Below are positions 1 through 9,039 of a stretch of 64,000 bases of DNA, piece by piece; within the stretch, counting starts at the first letter, position 1, and every line of letters starts with the position of its first letter. This DNA comes from Actinomycetota bacterium. GTDB lineage: Bacteria; Actinomycetota; Actinomycetes; Nanopelagicales; Nanopelagicaceae. A program made the translations under genes and the position numbers. The stretch lies in contig SYEK01000013.1 in NCBI GenBank assembly GCA_005800815.1, positions 19-64,018 of the forward strand, given 5' to 3'. The notes below the pieces were generated by a model. The model did no database searches, was not told the origin of the DNA, and worked only from the letters and a program-made list of their open reading frames with translations.

Positions 1-155
1 GATTCGGACGGACCCGCGATGACCAGCCAATCACCGGGGGTCACGTTCAGGCTGACGTCGTCCAGCACCTTGTTGCTTCCGAATGACTTGTGGACGCCCT
101 CGATCGAGACGATGGGTGCCGCGGCGCCCAACCCTGCCCCAGCGCCCGCGGTCAT
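1..155 (-). CDS. ABC transporter ATP-binding protein, N-terminal fragment (runs off window start)
   Basis: Reverse translation from ATG (cat 153-155) gives MTAGAGAGLGAAAPIVSIEGVHKSFGSNKVLDDVSLNVTPGDWLVIAGPS..., a typical ABC ATPase N-terminus up to the Walker A loop. ATGA overlap with the stop of the upstream gene (152-155). Absent from the ORF track because it is truncated. Confidence 0.7.
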   Translation of the reverse strand, partial: MTAGAGAGLGAAAPIVSIEGVHKSFGSNKVLDDVSLNVTPGDWLVIAGPSE

Positions 156-1339
156 GCCCCGCAGGCTCCCCAAATGGCCGTGACCACCTCGGCCACCTCG
201 TCGTCGGCAAGCGCGTCGGGGTAGAAGCCGACCATGCCCTTGAACGCCTTGCCCTCGTACGTGCAGACCATGGGGTCCGCCGCCTGGAGCCGATTCACGA
301 GGTCCGTAGCGGTCAATCCGGCAATCGCGGCATCCAGCCACACCTCCACATGCGGGCCCGGCCGGCCCATCGCGCCGTGGGCGGGGTCCACGCGCACCGC
401 GCGCAGGCCGCGGATGCCCGCGACGCCCACCACGATCTCATCCGCGTGGCCCGCCAGTCGCGCAGCCTCCGCGATGAAGTCGCGGACCACGTAGGCCCGC
501 AGCGCCGCGATGAGACCGCAGGCCTCCTCCTTGCCCACCTTGAACCCACGACCCACGCCGTGATGCGGCGGCCCCACCACCACGTGCTCCGAGATCAGCC
601 CGCGCGCCGGCCACGTCTCGGGGTAGACGTCCATGTCCTGGTGTTGGAGCGCGACCGACGTGATGAGGTCGCGCCGGCCAGCCAAGATGCCCGATGCCTG
701 CGGCCCCTGGATGTGCTTGCCGCCGGAGAAGCTCACGAGGTCCGCGCCGATGTCGAAGAAGCGGCGCAGGTTGGACACGGGCGGCAGCGTGATGGAGCCG
801 TCCACGATGACTGGCACGCCCTTGGCGTGGGCGATCGCGATGACCTCCTCGATGGGCAGATTGGCGTCCAAGTCGCTACCCAAGTAGAACACCGCGACGG
901 TCTGCGGCCCGATCGCCTCTTCGATCTCGTACGCGAAGGTCCAGTCGTGGAAACCCACCTCCACGAGCTTCGCGCCCGCCAGCCGCAGCGCATGGTCGTA
1001 GTCGTTGCGGTGGCGCCGGAGCATCACGATCTCGTTCGGCATGCCGGTCGTGTCCGGGAGGCGGTTCATGCGCCCCGGATCGAGCCGCGCCAAGGCCGCC
1101 GCGGCGGCCATAGTCAGGCCCGCGGACGCGCCCGCCGTGACGTAGCCCGCTTCGGCGCCCGTGAGCTCTACGATCACCTGACCGGCCGCCGCCTGGAGGT
1201 CCTCGATGCGCGCGAAGAAGCCGGACGCCTCCACCATGGCATCCATCACGTCACGCGACGGGCGCGAGCCGCCGACCTTGGTGGAGTAGCCGCGCGCGTT
1301 GATGACGCGCCGCCCCCGGAGCTCCGTCGCGATGCCCAT
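152..1339 (-). CDS. SelA-like / DgaE-like PLP-dependent enzyme (L-seryl-tRNA selenium transferase family fold)
   Basis: ORF 152..1450. The likely start is the internal ATG at 1339 (MGIATELRGRRVINARG...), preceded by AAGGAGGA. It carries the SFSGGKHIQGPQASGI motif (PLP-lysine region of the SelA/DgaE family). About 68% GC. Confidence 0.7.
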   Translation of the reverse strand: MGIATELRGRRVINARGYSTKVGGSRPSRDVMDAMVEASGFFARIEDLQAAAGQVIVELTGAEAGYVTAGASAGLTMAAAAALARLDPGRMNRLPDTTGMPNEIVMLRRHRNDYDHALRLAGAKLVEVGFHDWTFAYEIEEAIGPQTVAVFYLGSDLDANLPIEEVIAIAHAKGVPVIVDGSITLPPVSNLRRFFDIGADLVSFSGGKHIQGPQASGILAGRRDLITSVALQHQDMDVYPETWPARGLISEHVVVGPPHHGVGRGFKVGKEEACGLIAALRAYVVRDFIAEAARLAGHADEIVVGVAGIRGLRAVRVDPAHGAMGRPGPHVEVWLDAAIAGLTATDLVNRLQAADPMVCTYEGKAFKGMVGFYPDALADDEVAEVVTAIWGACGA

Positions 1340-1663
1340 TGGTGTCTGATCCTCCTTGTGGCGCCCCGCCGGGACGCGCGATGCGCCGAGTGAGCCCCAG
1401 CCTTTCACGAAACGATCGGGGAGCGCCACACGCTCCGGATCCGGTTTCATGGTCGCCAGCGGCGGAACGCATCATGCGCGGACCCTCGGGCCCCCATGAT
1501 ACGGTGTTGACGCGCACACCCCTGACGTGCCCCGAGCGGTGGAGGCCTGCGCTCGAGGCGTCCTGCCGGGAGCCGTTGGTTTTGACAGGCAAAGAGCATG
1601 TCATCCATGTGAAGCCATCTGGGATGCCAGATATCAGGCATCTCGAAGCGTGTAGGTGACGCG

Positions 1664-2590
1664 ATGGGTCGGTTCGTGCGCCCGTTGACGGGGAATGTGC
1701 CGCCGAGCGCCCTGGGCGCGACGCTCATCCATGAGCACCTGTCGGTGGACTGGTGGGAGATGCTGGGGCGCCCCAAAAAGGTCGACTTCGACCGCGCGGA
1801 TATGGCCGACCGTATGGCCGCCAAGCTGACCGACCTGGCCGCCGTGGGCATCGGTGCCATGACCTAGTTCACCCCGTACCGCTGCGGTCGCTACGTGGAC
1901 CTGTTCAAGGAGGTCGCCGACCGCTCTCCGGTCAGGATCATCGGCAGCACCGGCTTTTTCCACGAGAGCTGGTGCCCAATCCACCCGGTCGCGGCGGCAC
2001 TTGACCCAGACGGGGTCACGGATCTCATCACGCGCGAGATCACCGAGGGGATGGGCGGCAAGCTCGTCCGAGCCGGGCTCATCAAGGTCGCCACCAAGGA
2101 GGGCCGCATCAGCGCGCAGGGTGAGAAGGTGCTGCGCCCCGCCGCCCGCGCCCGGCGTGCCACCGGCTGCCCGATCATCACCTACATCACCGATTCAAAG
2201 AGCCAGAGGCAGCTCGCCGTGTTCGCCTCGGAGGGGGTGGGCGCGGAGGTGATCATCAGCCACGTGGGCTTCACCGCGGATCCCGTGGCGGAGCCGGACG
2301 TGCTCTTCCGGACCGGTGCCAAGGTCAGCTTAGACCGCATCGGCTCCTAGGTATTTTTTTTCGACGAGCACTGGATCGCGCTCATCGAGAATCGACCGGC
2401 CACCTAAGCCAAGTCCTCCTGAGCAACGACGCGGCCACGTTAGCGTATGGCTTTGAGATAGCCTCGGGTGAGAACCTGTGGGACGACTACACGTACATCT
2501 CGCGCGTCTTCCTGCCCCGCCTGCGGGCGGAGACGAACGTGACCGAGGAGGACATCCACCAGATGCTCGTGACCAACCCGCAGCGACGGA
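1664..2590 (+). pseudogene. Phosphotriesterase-family (PTE/PHP, amidohydrolase) gene, disrupted
   Basis: The N-terminus has the family motif TLIHEHL. There are in-frame TAG stops at 1865-1867 and 2348-2350, followed by a T8 run. A frameshift near 2385-2400 is needed to reach the C-terminal part GHLSQVLLSNDAAT...EEDIHQMLVTNPQRR. Confidence 0.75.
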
Positions 2591-2880
2591 TAGGAAATCC
2601 AAGCTCTGCTGCACCTCTACATATTACACCTTGTTCTTCCGAAAGTCAAGCACCACTTTGTGCAAGACTTTGCCCCCACATCATCTATTGGCCATAGACC
2701 ACTAATGTCATTTTTTATAGTTACTGAGGTATGAGCTGGGTAATCAATACAAATTGCACTATTTATTCAAAACAGCATCGGCAGACTGAACGCTCAGTAT
2801 GCTCCGCAAGCGGATGCACCACGCCTACCTATGCCCCGCCGCATGTGCCATTCCCGCAGCGCAGGATGAGCAACCGCAAC
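2581..2880 (+). repeat. Bipartite direct repeat, copy A (35-bp left block 2581-2615, 130-bp right block 2751-2880)
   Basis: Left block cagcgacggataggaaatccaagctctgctgcacc matches 5684-5717. Right block aaattgcac...cagcatcggcag...gcaccacgcctacctatgccccgccgcatgtgccatt...caacc matches 5848-5977 at about 75% identity. Block spacing is the same in both copies (170 vs 164 nt). Confidence 0.8.
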
Positions 2881-2926
2881 TCCGCTACAGCGGCCGACGT
2901 TGGTACACCAGCACCGTTGCACATAA

Positions 2927-3900
2927 TCAGGGCTCCAACTGAAATTCCAGCAGCCGGACCCGATCTTCAATAACCTCACCCACGCCCGCTTTGACGGAGA
3001 CGCGCACCTGAGTTGCCGGCAAGTACATACCCATCCAAACTGCATACCTGCCCGCTTGCAGGTTCGCAATACTTATTTGCACGTGGTCCTCCACCACCTC
3101 ACCGGCAGACCACACCGTCGGCGGGTAGGCGTGGGCAGTGATTGCCTAGTCCATCTGCCCAAGTAACTCCCGTTCATCGCTTACTGGTGTGAGGTGAGAG
3201 AAAGGTGTCAATCCTTGGCTGCCGGCCGCACGCCCCGCCACCACACCGTCAGCTGCAGCGGCCGGCTGACAGCCGGTAATGCATCCACCCGGTAGCCAAT
3301 CAGCTCCAGTTCCCCCGCCAGCATGATCTTCACCGGCACAGAGTCGGCTGGCAGCTTTATAGCCGGGCGCCGCACCTTCACCGGCCCAAAAAGAATTCGG
3401 TCGCCGTTGACTTCCTTGTCTGCGCCAATGTTTGGCACGCTCTCAAAATCGTACGCTAGAAACATTCCCAGCTCAAAACTGTAAGCCGCGGGCGCAAAGC
3501 TGGCTGGGACATCCAGTTTGGTGCTACTGATTATTGTTTCTCCCGGCTGCCATTCATAGGTGCGGTAAGCATGCTCCAGCGGGTAGGCATTCACTCCCGA
3601 AACTGACTGGCCGTCGTCATCCAAAAGGTGGATAAACAAAATAAAGTCATCAGCCACTGGCTGCTGCACTGTCCAGTGCAAATCCACCGCAAAGGGTTCA
3701 ACCGGTGCGAGCAGCGGGAGGTGATAGCTGACGGCCTTGAGGCAAATGCCATTCAACCTGGACCGCATCTTCGAGTGTCGCCTCCGAGCCGATCACTTCA
3801 ACATAGGAGCCTTTTTCAGCCAGTATGTGATGAACCGTCAATCACGCCTCCCGATCGGCTTTGCAGTTTCTGACTGTCAATGCGTGAACGGTGCCCGTGG
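2927..3900 (-). pseudogene. Remnant of a repeated C-terminal extracytoplasmic domain of a GT39/ArnT-like glycosyltransferase (Chloroflexi-type architecture), multiply frameshifted
   Basis: Three tandem homologous segments lie in different frames: ...GSYVEVIGSEATLEDAVQVEWHL; AVDLHWTVQQPVADDFILFIHLLDDDGQS...YEWQPGETI...LELIGYRV...LQLTVWWRG; TPFSHLTPVSDERELLGQMD*AITAHAYPPTVWSAGEVVEDHVQISIANLQAGRYAVWMGMY. There is an in-frame TAG, and no N-terminal membrane domain is present. Confidence 0.5.
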
Positions 3901-4155
3901 TTCAGACGCAGCACAGGGGATTCCGGTCAGCTGCGACAGGGCAGCAATCACGATCATCAGCAAAAGCGTCCAAAAGCAGCACCCAATGTGACTGCTGAAA
4001 ATCTGTTTTGTTGAGGGAAAAAAAGAATTGACTTTGAAAGCGTTCTTGTCGCCAAACGGGAGCCTGACGTGCAGCGTGTTCTCCCAAATCTCATGAAACA
4101 CCTCGGATGGACTTTGATTTTAGCGGCAACGGCACTATATTCTTAAAAAGGCCCG

Positions 4156-5258
4156 TCAGCGCGCCCCATGCCCGAGCCATAGCGCAAACACGCCTGCGCC
4201 GGTCAGTAAGGGCACGATGAGATAGCCGACAAACAGTCCGAAATTGTCTGCCAAGGCTCCCAGAACCAGTGGCGTGCAAATAATGGCAGACCCCGTCGCC
4301 ACCGACATGCGCGCTGCGGCCCGGTCTTGATTGTCGGGCGCAGCCGCAAGCGCCAAGGTCATCACGGTCGCATACAGATTTGCAATGCCGAGCCCCGTCA
4401 CCCCGAGCCCAACAAGAGTTAGCCACGCCTGCAGCGAAAGCCAGAAGATGAAAATTCCGGCTAACGTCAGACACAGCGACATCAAGGCAAGGCGGAATTC
4501 CCCGATGCGACGGATCAGAACGGTTCTGGCAATCCGGCCCGACAACATGCCGATGGCAAAACTGATCGACCCAAGAACGGCGCTGTCCCGCTCGAACCCG
4601 CTGACTTTCACCAAAAAACTCGCGCTCCAAACGCCAAAGCAGAACTCGATCCCGACAGACAGGCACAGCAGCGCCCAATACGCCCAATAGGCCTTGCCGA
4701 GCGGGGCCGACAATTGTTGCGCGGTCGATTGACTGGTGCGCAACGTGACGCCGCGAAAGGCGACCGCTGAGCCCAGAACAATCAGCCAGGCAACCAGACC
4801 GACGCCGCGCCGACCTACGGTAGAGGCCGCCACCCAAACCAGAAGCGGAGTAGCAAGCGCACCGAGATAGCTGAACATGTTCGACTCGGCAATCGCCTGA
4901 CTGCGCCGTTCACCATGAATCTCCGAGTGGATAAGCGGCACATAGACCACAATCATCGAGCCTATCAGCCCCATGAACCCCGCCGCGAGAATGCTTGCAA
5001 TCGCAACGGTCGCAAGCACTATGAGCGAAAAGCCCACTGCCAGACCCAGCGCCGATAGACTGATAGCGGCCTTACGCCCGAATTTCCTCTCGGCAGGGCC
5101 GCATATAAACCCGCCGCCATCATGCCAATTGCAAATACACTGGTGTGCAAAGCACCCTCGGAATAGCTCAACCCCATCTCGGCGCGCAAAAAAGGCATAA
5201 TCGGGCCAATCAGCGTAACCTGCAGCGTCAGCAGCGCAACCATGACATCAGACCCCAT
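4156..5258 (-). pseudogene. MFS transporter with a single frameshift near 5,090-5,100
   Basis: ORFs 5019..5258 and 4156..5037 are the N- and C-parts of one MFS protein. The frame changes inside the loop 2-3 motif (AIGMMA|GGFICGPAERKFGRK when re-framed). The 248-aa ORF at 4091..4837 is an out-of-frame shadow. Confidence 0.65.
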
Positions 5259-5469
5259 GTCACGCGATCACGTCGGAACGGGACTTGAGGCTTTGTCATG
5301 GTGACGTCATCCGGGAGCGCCTCCCCTCTGCTAGGCGAAAGACACAAAGAGTCAAGGGCGGAGCAGACTCAATGATTACCGCGATGTGGACGATTCGGAT
5401 AAGTAGCCACAATAATATTAACTGAATAAGCCCAATCTGATTCCTATTTTTAAAAAGTGTGAGAAAATC

Positions 5470-5604
5470 TAGCACGATCCCGTGCCCATTGATCTCATCG
5501 AAACGCTTGCAACGCGCTAAACCAGTTACAACATGTCCGAATGCTTTCTGACGCGCAGCATACAAACTCCCCAGCACACCAGTCCCATACACAAGTATTT
5601 TCAT
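5470..5604 (-). pseudogene. N-terminal ~45 codons of a 2-dehydropantoate 2-reductase (PanE/ApbA)-like gene; the rest is lost
   Basis: MKILVYGTGVLGSLYAARQKAFGHVVTGLARCKRFDEINGHGIVLD matches the Rossmann N-terminus of the ApbA/PanE family. The remainder of ORF 5296..5604 is low-complexity nonsense. Confidence 0.5.
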
Positions 5605-5683
5605 CTCATCTCTTTTTCCTTGCTTAAACTTTTTTTCGTTAGAATTAATTACTAGGGGCTACCCTTCAGGATTAGTCCACTTT

Positions 5684-5977
5684 CAGGACGAATAGGAAAT
5701 TCAAGCCCTCCTGCACCCGCAAACGGTAAGCGCTGGCCCCGCAGTGGTCAAGTTCCACCCTGCACTACTTCCGCTCCAGCAATGGCTGAATGTCAATCAA
5801 TCACTTTTGTTCGGTATTCCGAGAAATATGACCCGCGTAACATATGCAGATTGCACATTGTCTTCAATCCAGCATCGGCAGTCGTGAACATTCAGGGCAT
5901 TCTGCAAGCAGCTGCACCACGACTACATATGCTCCGCCGCACGTACCATTGCTGCAGAGCAGAATTACCAACCCAAT
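5684..5977 (+). repeat. Bipartite direct repeat, copy B (left block 5684-5717, right block 5848-5977)
   Basis: caggacgaataggaaattcaagccctcctgcacc and agattgcac...cagcatcggcag...gcaccacgactacatatgctccgccgcacgtaccatt...caacc are in the same order and orientation as copy A. Confidence 0.8.
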
Positions 5978-6064
5978 GTCTGATCGAACTCTAGCTCCGG
6001 GATTGGCTCTGCATGCGCGCCCGCGTCAGCCACGAACCTATTGTGCAGGCTTCCGCTGCCTGGT

Positions 6065-6313
6065 TTGATGTCTAATCATCAACACCTTCAGCCTTCCAAA
6101 GGGCACGTGCTGCGAGACCGAAGTCATCAGGACCAATTGACGTGAGAAAACTAACTTCCGCACCAAGGCTGGCTGCTCCGATCGCTTGATTGGAGCCTTT
6201 GCCCCCAGGTATGGCGTCAAAAATTTCACTCATGAGAGTTTCAACTGAGTGAGGAAATTGGGTAGAACGAATGGCATTCCGACACCGTAACTACCTACCA
6301 CTGCAATCCTCAT
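6065..6313 (-). pseudogene. PfkB/ribokinase-family sugar kinase, N-terminal fragment, frameshifted and truncated
   Basis: MRIAVVGSYGVGM... is followed after a frameshift near 6,250 by VETLMSEIFDAIPGGKGSNQAIGAASLGAEVSFLTSIGPDDFGLAARALWKAEGVDD* (the GGKGxNQ motif). The gene stops about 80 codons in, where the low-GC block ends. Confidence 0.65.
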
Positions 6314-7120
6314 CTAACTCCATGGCCGAGAATCCACTGGGTCATCCCAACTTGGAATCGGTGCTTGGAGAGGTTCACGGATCCACAAAAAGCGCCCGTT
6401 AATGTAATCGTGTGATGATGAAATGATTTCAAGCACAAGTTCGCCCACCCTCTTGGGATCATCTCCCCCAGTCTCTTCAACCCAATTTACCCAAGCAGTG
6501 TAGTCGGAACCCACATCACCAAGTGCAAGTGCCTTTTTCTTGATATCGGCCCACATTTGCGTTTGCACATCACCAGGGTGAATGACATTTGCCGTTACTC
6601 CAGAGCCTGAAATCTCGGCAGCAAGATGACGAGTTAATTGATTGAGTGCAACTTTTGAGGTTCCATACGCGCTGTTTAGGGCTCCAGGTGGATGGAGAGC
6701 GGCGGCAGAACTCACATTGATAATTCGACCCCAGCGCATCTCCAACATGCCAGAGAGAAAAGCGCGGGTGGTAAAGTAAGGGGCCAACAAGTCGATTAAA
6801 ACTGTCTTCGCCCATTGATCCGGATCAGTGTTTTGAATCAAGTCAATAGGCCCAAAGACTCCAGCCGCATTCACGAGAATTTGAACAGCCCCATGCTCAC
6901 TTCTCACCCGAGCAGCCAAATCCTCAATATTTCTGTATTCACTCACATCGGCTTCGTAGCCAAAGATTGAACCCTGGTTTTGATTAATGAGTGAATCAAG
7001 CCCGGATTGACTCCGCGCAACAGCAAGCACCGTGTGACCTGACTTGGCCAGAGCGATGGCTATCTCTCGACCCAAACCTTTGCTAGCGCCAGTTACGAGC
7101 GCAACCGTGGCTTCGGGCAT
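6314..7120 (-). CDS. SDR family oxidoreductase
   Basis: 268-aa ORF with TGASKGLG Rossmann motif and YGTSK catalytic motif. Confidence 0.85.
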   Translation of the reverse strand: MPEATVALVTGASKGLGREIAIALAKSGHTVLAVARSQSGLDSLINQNQGSIFGYEADVSEYRNIEDLAARVRSEHGAVQILVNAAGVFGPIDLIQNTDPDQWAKTVLIDLLAPYFTTRAFLSGMLEMRWGRIINVSSAAALHPPGALNSAYGTSKVALNQLTRHLAAEISGSGVTANVIHPGDVQTQMWADIKKKALALGDVGSDYTAWVNWVEETGGDDPKRVGELVLEIISSSHDYINGRFLWIREPLQAPIPSWDDPVDSRPWS

Positions 7121-7125
7121 TGTCT

Positions 7126-7449
7126 CTAACTACCGGCTTTTGTATACAGATTAAATACTTCGCGAACTTCGCTGGAATCAACAATTCCATCGGATTTGAA
7201 CTCCATTAATGGAGCCATGAACTCACTCCATTTATCGTGAATCTCACTTTTCCAAAGGCGATCCCATGCCTCTGGATCAGAAATCTCCGAATAGAGAAAG
7301 AGAACCGGGTCATTCTCAAAAATAGAAATTTGTGCGATTCCTTGACGTTCAATCTCAGCGACCATCTCAGGCCAGATACTGTCATGTAGGCGTTTGTACT
7401 CTGCAAGCCCACCTGGCTTTAACTTCATTGTGAATGCTCTTTTTATCAT
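7126..7449 (-). CDS. rhaM: L-rhamnose mutarotase
   Basis: 107 aa. MIKRAFTMKLKPGGLAEYKRLHDSIWPEM...EVFNL aligns along its length with the RhaM/YiiL family (as recalled from E. coli YiiL). Confidence 0.8.
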   Translation of the reverse strand: MIKRAFTMKLKPGGLAEYKRLHDSIWPEMVAEIERQGIAQISIFENDPVLFLYSEISDPEAWDRLWKSEIHDKWSEFMAPLMEFKSDGIVDSSEVREVFNLYTKAGS

Positions 7450-7480
7450 TTTTTCCTCTTTATCTTAGTTAGTTTTGTAT

Positions 7481-8986
7481 TTATTCGTTTATTAGCTTGA
7501 TGAGCTGTGCCTCATCAACATCAGATACTTCACAAACACTGACTCCATCTTTAATGACATAAATTCGATCACAAAAACTTGTTAACTCTGATATTTCGGT
7601 CGATCGAAAGAGGACTCCTTTCCCTTCATCTGCAATCTCACGGACCAATCTAAATAATTCAGATTTTGCCCCGATATCAACACCTCTCGTAGGATCATCA
7701 AGGAGAACAAGTCGTGGATTTATCTCAAGCCACTTCCCAATAACAACTTTCTGCTGGTTACCTCCCGAAAGATTTCCGACTCGAATCTCAACCTTCTCCG
7801 TCTTAACACCAAAGCGCTCAATAAGACGTGTTGCGCGGTTGTCCAAACTGGCACGAGTCACGATGGCGCTTCCGTGAGTGTGGCCACCCACAGCAACAAG
7901 ACTTAAATTGTCGGCAACGCTGCGTTCCATCATCAAACCCAAACGCTTTCGATCTGCTGGGATAAGAGCGATCTGATCACGCACAGAGTTTTGTGGCGAT
8001 AGAGAAGGTTTACTTTTACCCTCAATAATCACCTCCCCTGATTTCCTCTGTTTTGCACCAAATAGAGTCTCAAGCAACTCATCTGCACCTGATCCAATTA
8101 GCCCAGCAATACCTACGATTTCACCCACACTAACTTGAAGAGAGATATCCTTAATTTGACTGTAATTACTCAATTTAGAGACTTCAAGTATATTCCTTTC
8201 ATTTGCAGCACCGTTCAATTTTTTAGTGACACGACCGATACGTCCAGATTTTTCTTCTCCGACAATTCCCTCAATTACTGTCTCCCGGTCAAGACTTGAG
8301 GTCGGACGAGAAAAGACAAGCGAGCCATTTCGCATTACTGAAATTTGATCTGCCACCGCAAAAACCTCATCAAGGCGATGAGAAACATAGAAAACTGTTG
8401 TACCTTGCGTAGGCAGCTGTCTGACTAAGTCAAGAAGACGATCACTTTCACCAGCATTGAGTGCAGATGTTGGCTCATCTAAAATTAGAAGTTTTGGCTT
8501 TTCGATTATCACACGAGCTAATTCGATTAATTGTTGATCAGAGATAGATAAGTCGCTCAAGATTGAATCAAGGTCAACTTGAAGTCCTATTGACTCTAAT
8601 ACTGGAGAGGCAATTTCTGCCATTTGCTTACGTGCAATAAAAATACCTCGTCGAATTTCCCGATCAGGGAAGAGATTTGTAAGTACATTTCGATGTTGAA
8701 AGAGCCGTAATTCCTGGTACATAATTCCGATTCCAAGTTTTTTTGCTAAAGAGACTGAAATTTCAGGATAACTCTCTCCATTAATTTCTATACTACCTGA
8801 ATCTGGTGAGACTCCACCTGACAAAATCTTCATGAATGTCGATTTTCCAGCACCATTTTCACCGACAATTGCGTGAACGAGATTTTGTTCTAAATCTAAA
8901 TCAAGGCAATTTAACGCCTGAACCCCACCATAACGTTTTGAGAGTGAGCGTACGGAGATCACGTTATGAGATTGTGTATTGACCAC
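7481..8986 (-). CDS. Sugar ABC transporter ATP-binding protein (tandem ABC domains, RbsA-like)
   Basis: 501 aa. Walker A GENGAGKST, signature LSISDQQ / LSGGNQQK, two nucleotide-binding domains. Confidence 0.9.
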   Translation of the reverse strand: MVNTQSHNVISVRSLSKRYGGVQALNCLDLDLEQNLVHAIVGENGAGKSTFMKILSGGVSPDSGSIEINGESYPEISVSLAKKLGIGIMYQELRLFQHRNVLTNLFPDREIRRGIFIARKQMAEIASPVLESIGLQVDLDSILSDLSISDQQLIELARVIIEKPKLLILDEPTSALNAGESDRLLDLVRQLPTQGTTVFYVSHRLDEVFAVADQISVMRNGSLVFSRPTSSLDRETVIEGIVGEEKSGRIGRVTKKLNGAANERNILEVSKLSNYSQIKDISLQVSVGEIVGIAGLIGSGADELLETLFGAKQRKSGEVIIEGKSKPSLSPQNSVRDQIALIPADRKRLGLMMERSVADNLSLVAVGGHTHGSAIVTRASLDNRATRLIERFGVKTEKVEIRVGNLSGGNQQKVVIGKWLEINPRLVLLDDPTRGVDIGAKSELFRLVREIADEGKGVLFRSTEISELTSFCDRIYVIKDGVSVCEVSDVDEAQLIKLINE

Positions 8987-9039
8987 ACCGTGACCTCCGT
9001 CCCCTCGTTGCTATTTACCGACAGCTGATTTTCTGAATA

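Noticed and set aside
152-1339. Genuine selenocysteine synthase SelA
   Set aside because: Only the PLP core resembles SelA. There is no extended N-terminal tRNA-binding region and no selB, selC or selD nearby, so the neutral SelA-like/DgaE-like label is used.
83-1393. 436-aa plus-strand ORF, with several other long ORFs at 234-1,604, overlapping the SelA-like gene
   Set aside because: It is Arg/Ala/His-rich low-complexity translation antisense to a gene with clear family motifs. This is the typical shadow ORF of roughly 68% GC DNA.
4091-4837. 248-aa minus-strand ORF overlapping the MFS transporter
   Set aside because: It is an out-of-frame shadow of the MFS coding sequence. It is Arg/Cys-rich nonsense with no TM pattern or motif.
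2731-6068. Small ORFs 2731..2973 and 5844..6068 inside the two repeat copies, sharing ...SAS.CTT.TYAPPHVP...
   Set aside because: The shared peptide is short. A 1-nt indel just upstream puts the rest of the conserved block in different frames in the two copies, and the reverse frames carry stops. I therefore treat the conservation as nucleotide-level and report it as a repeat, not a gene.
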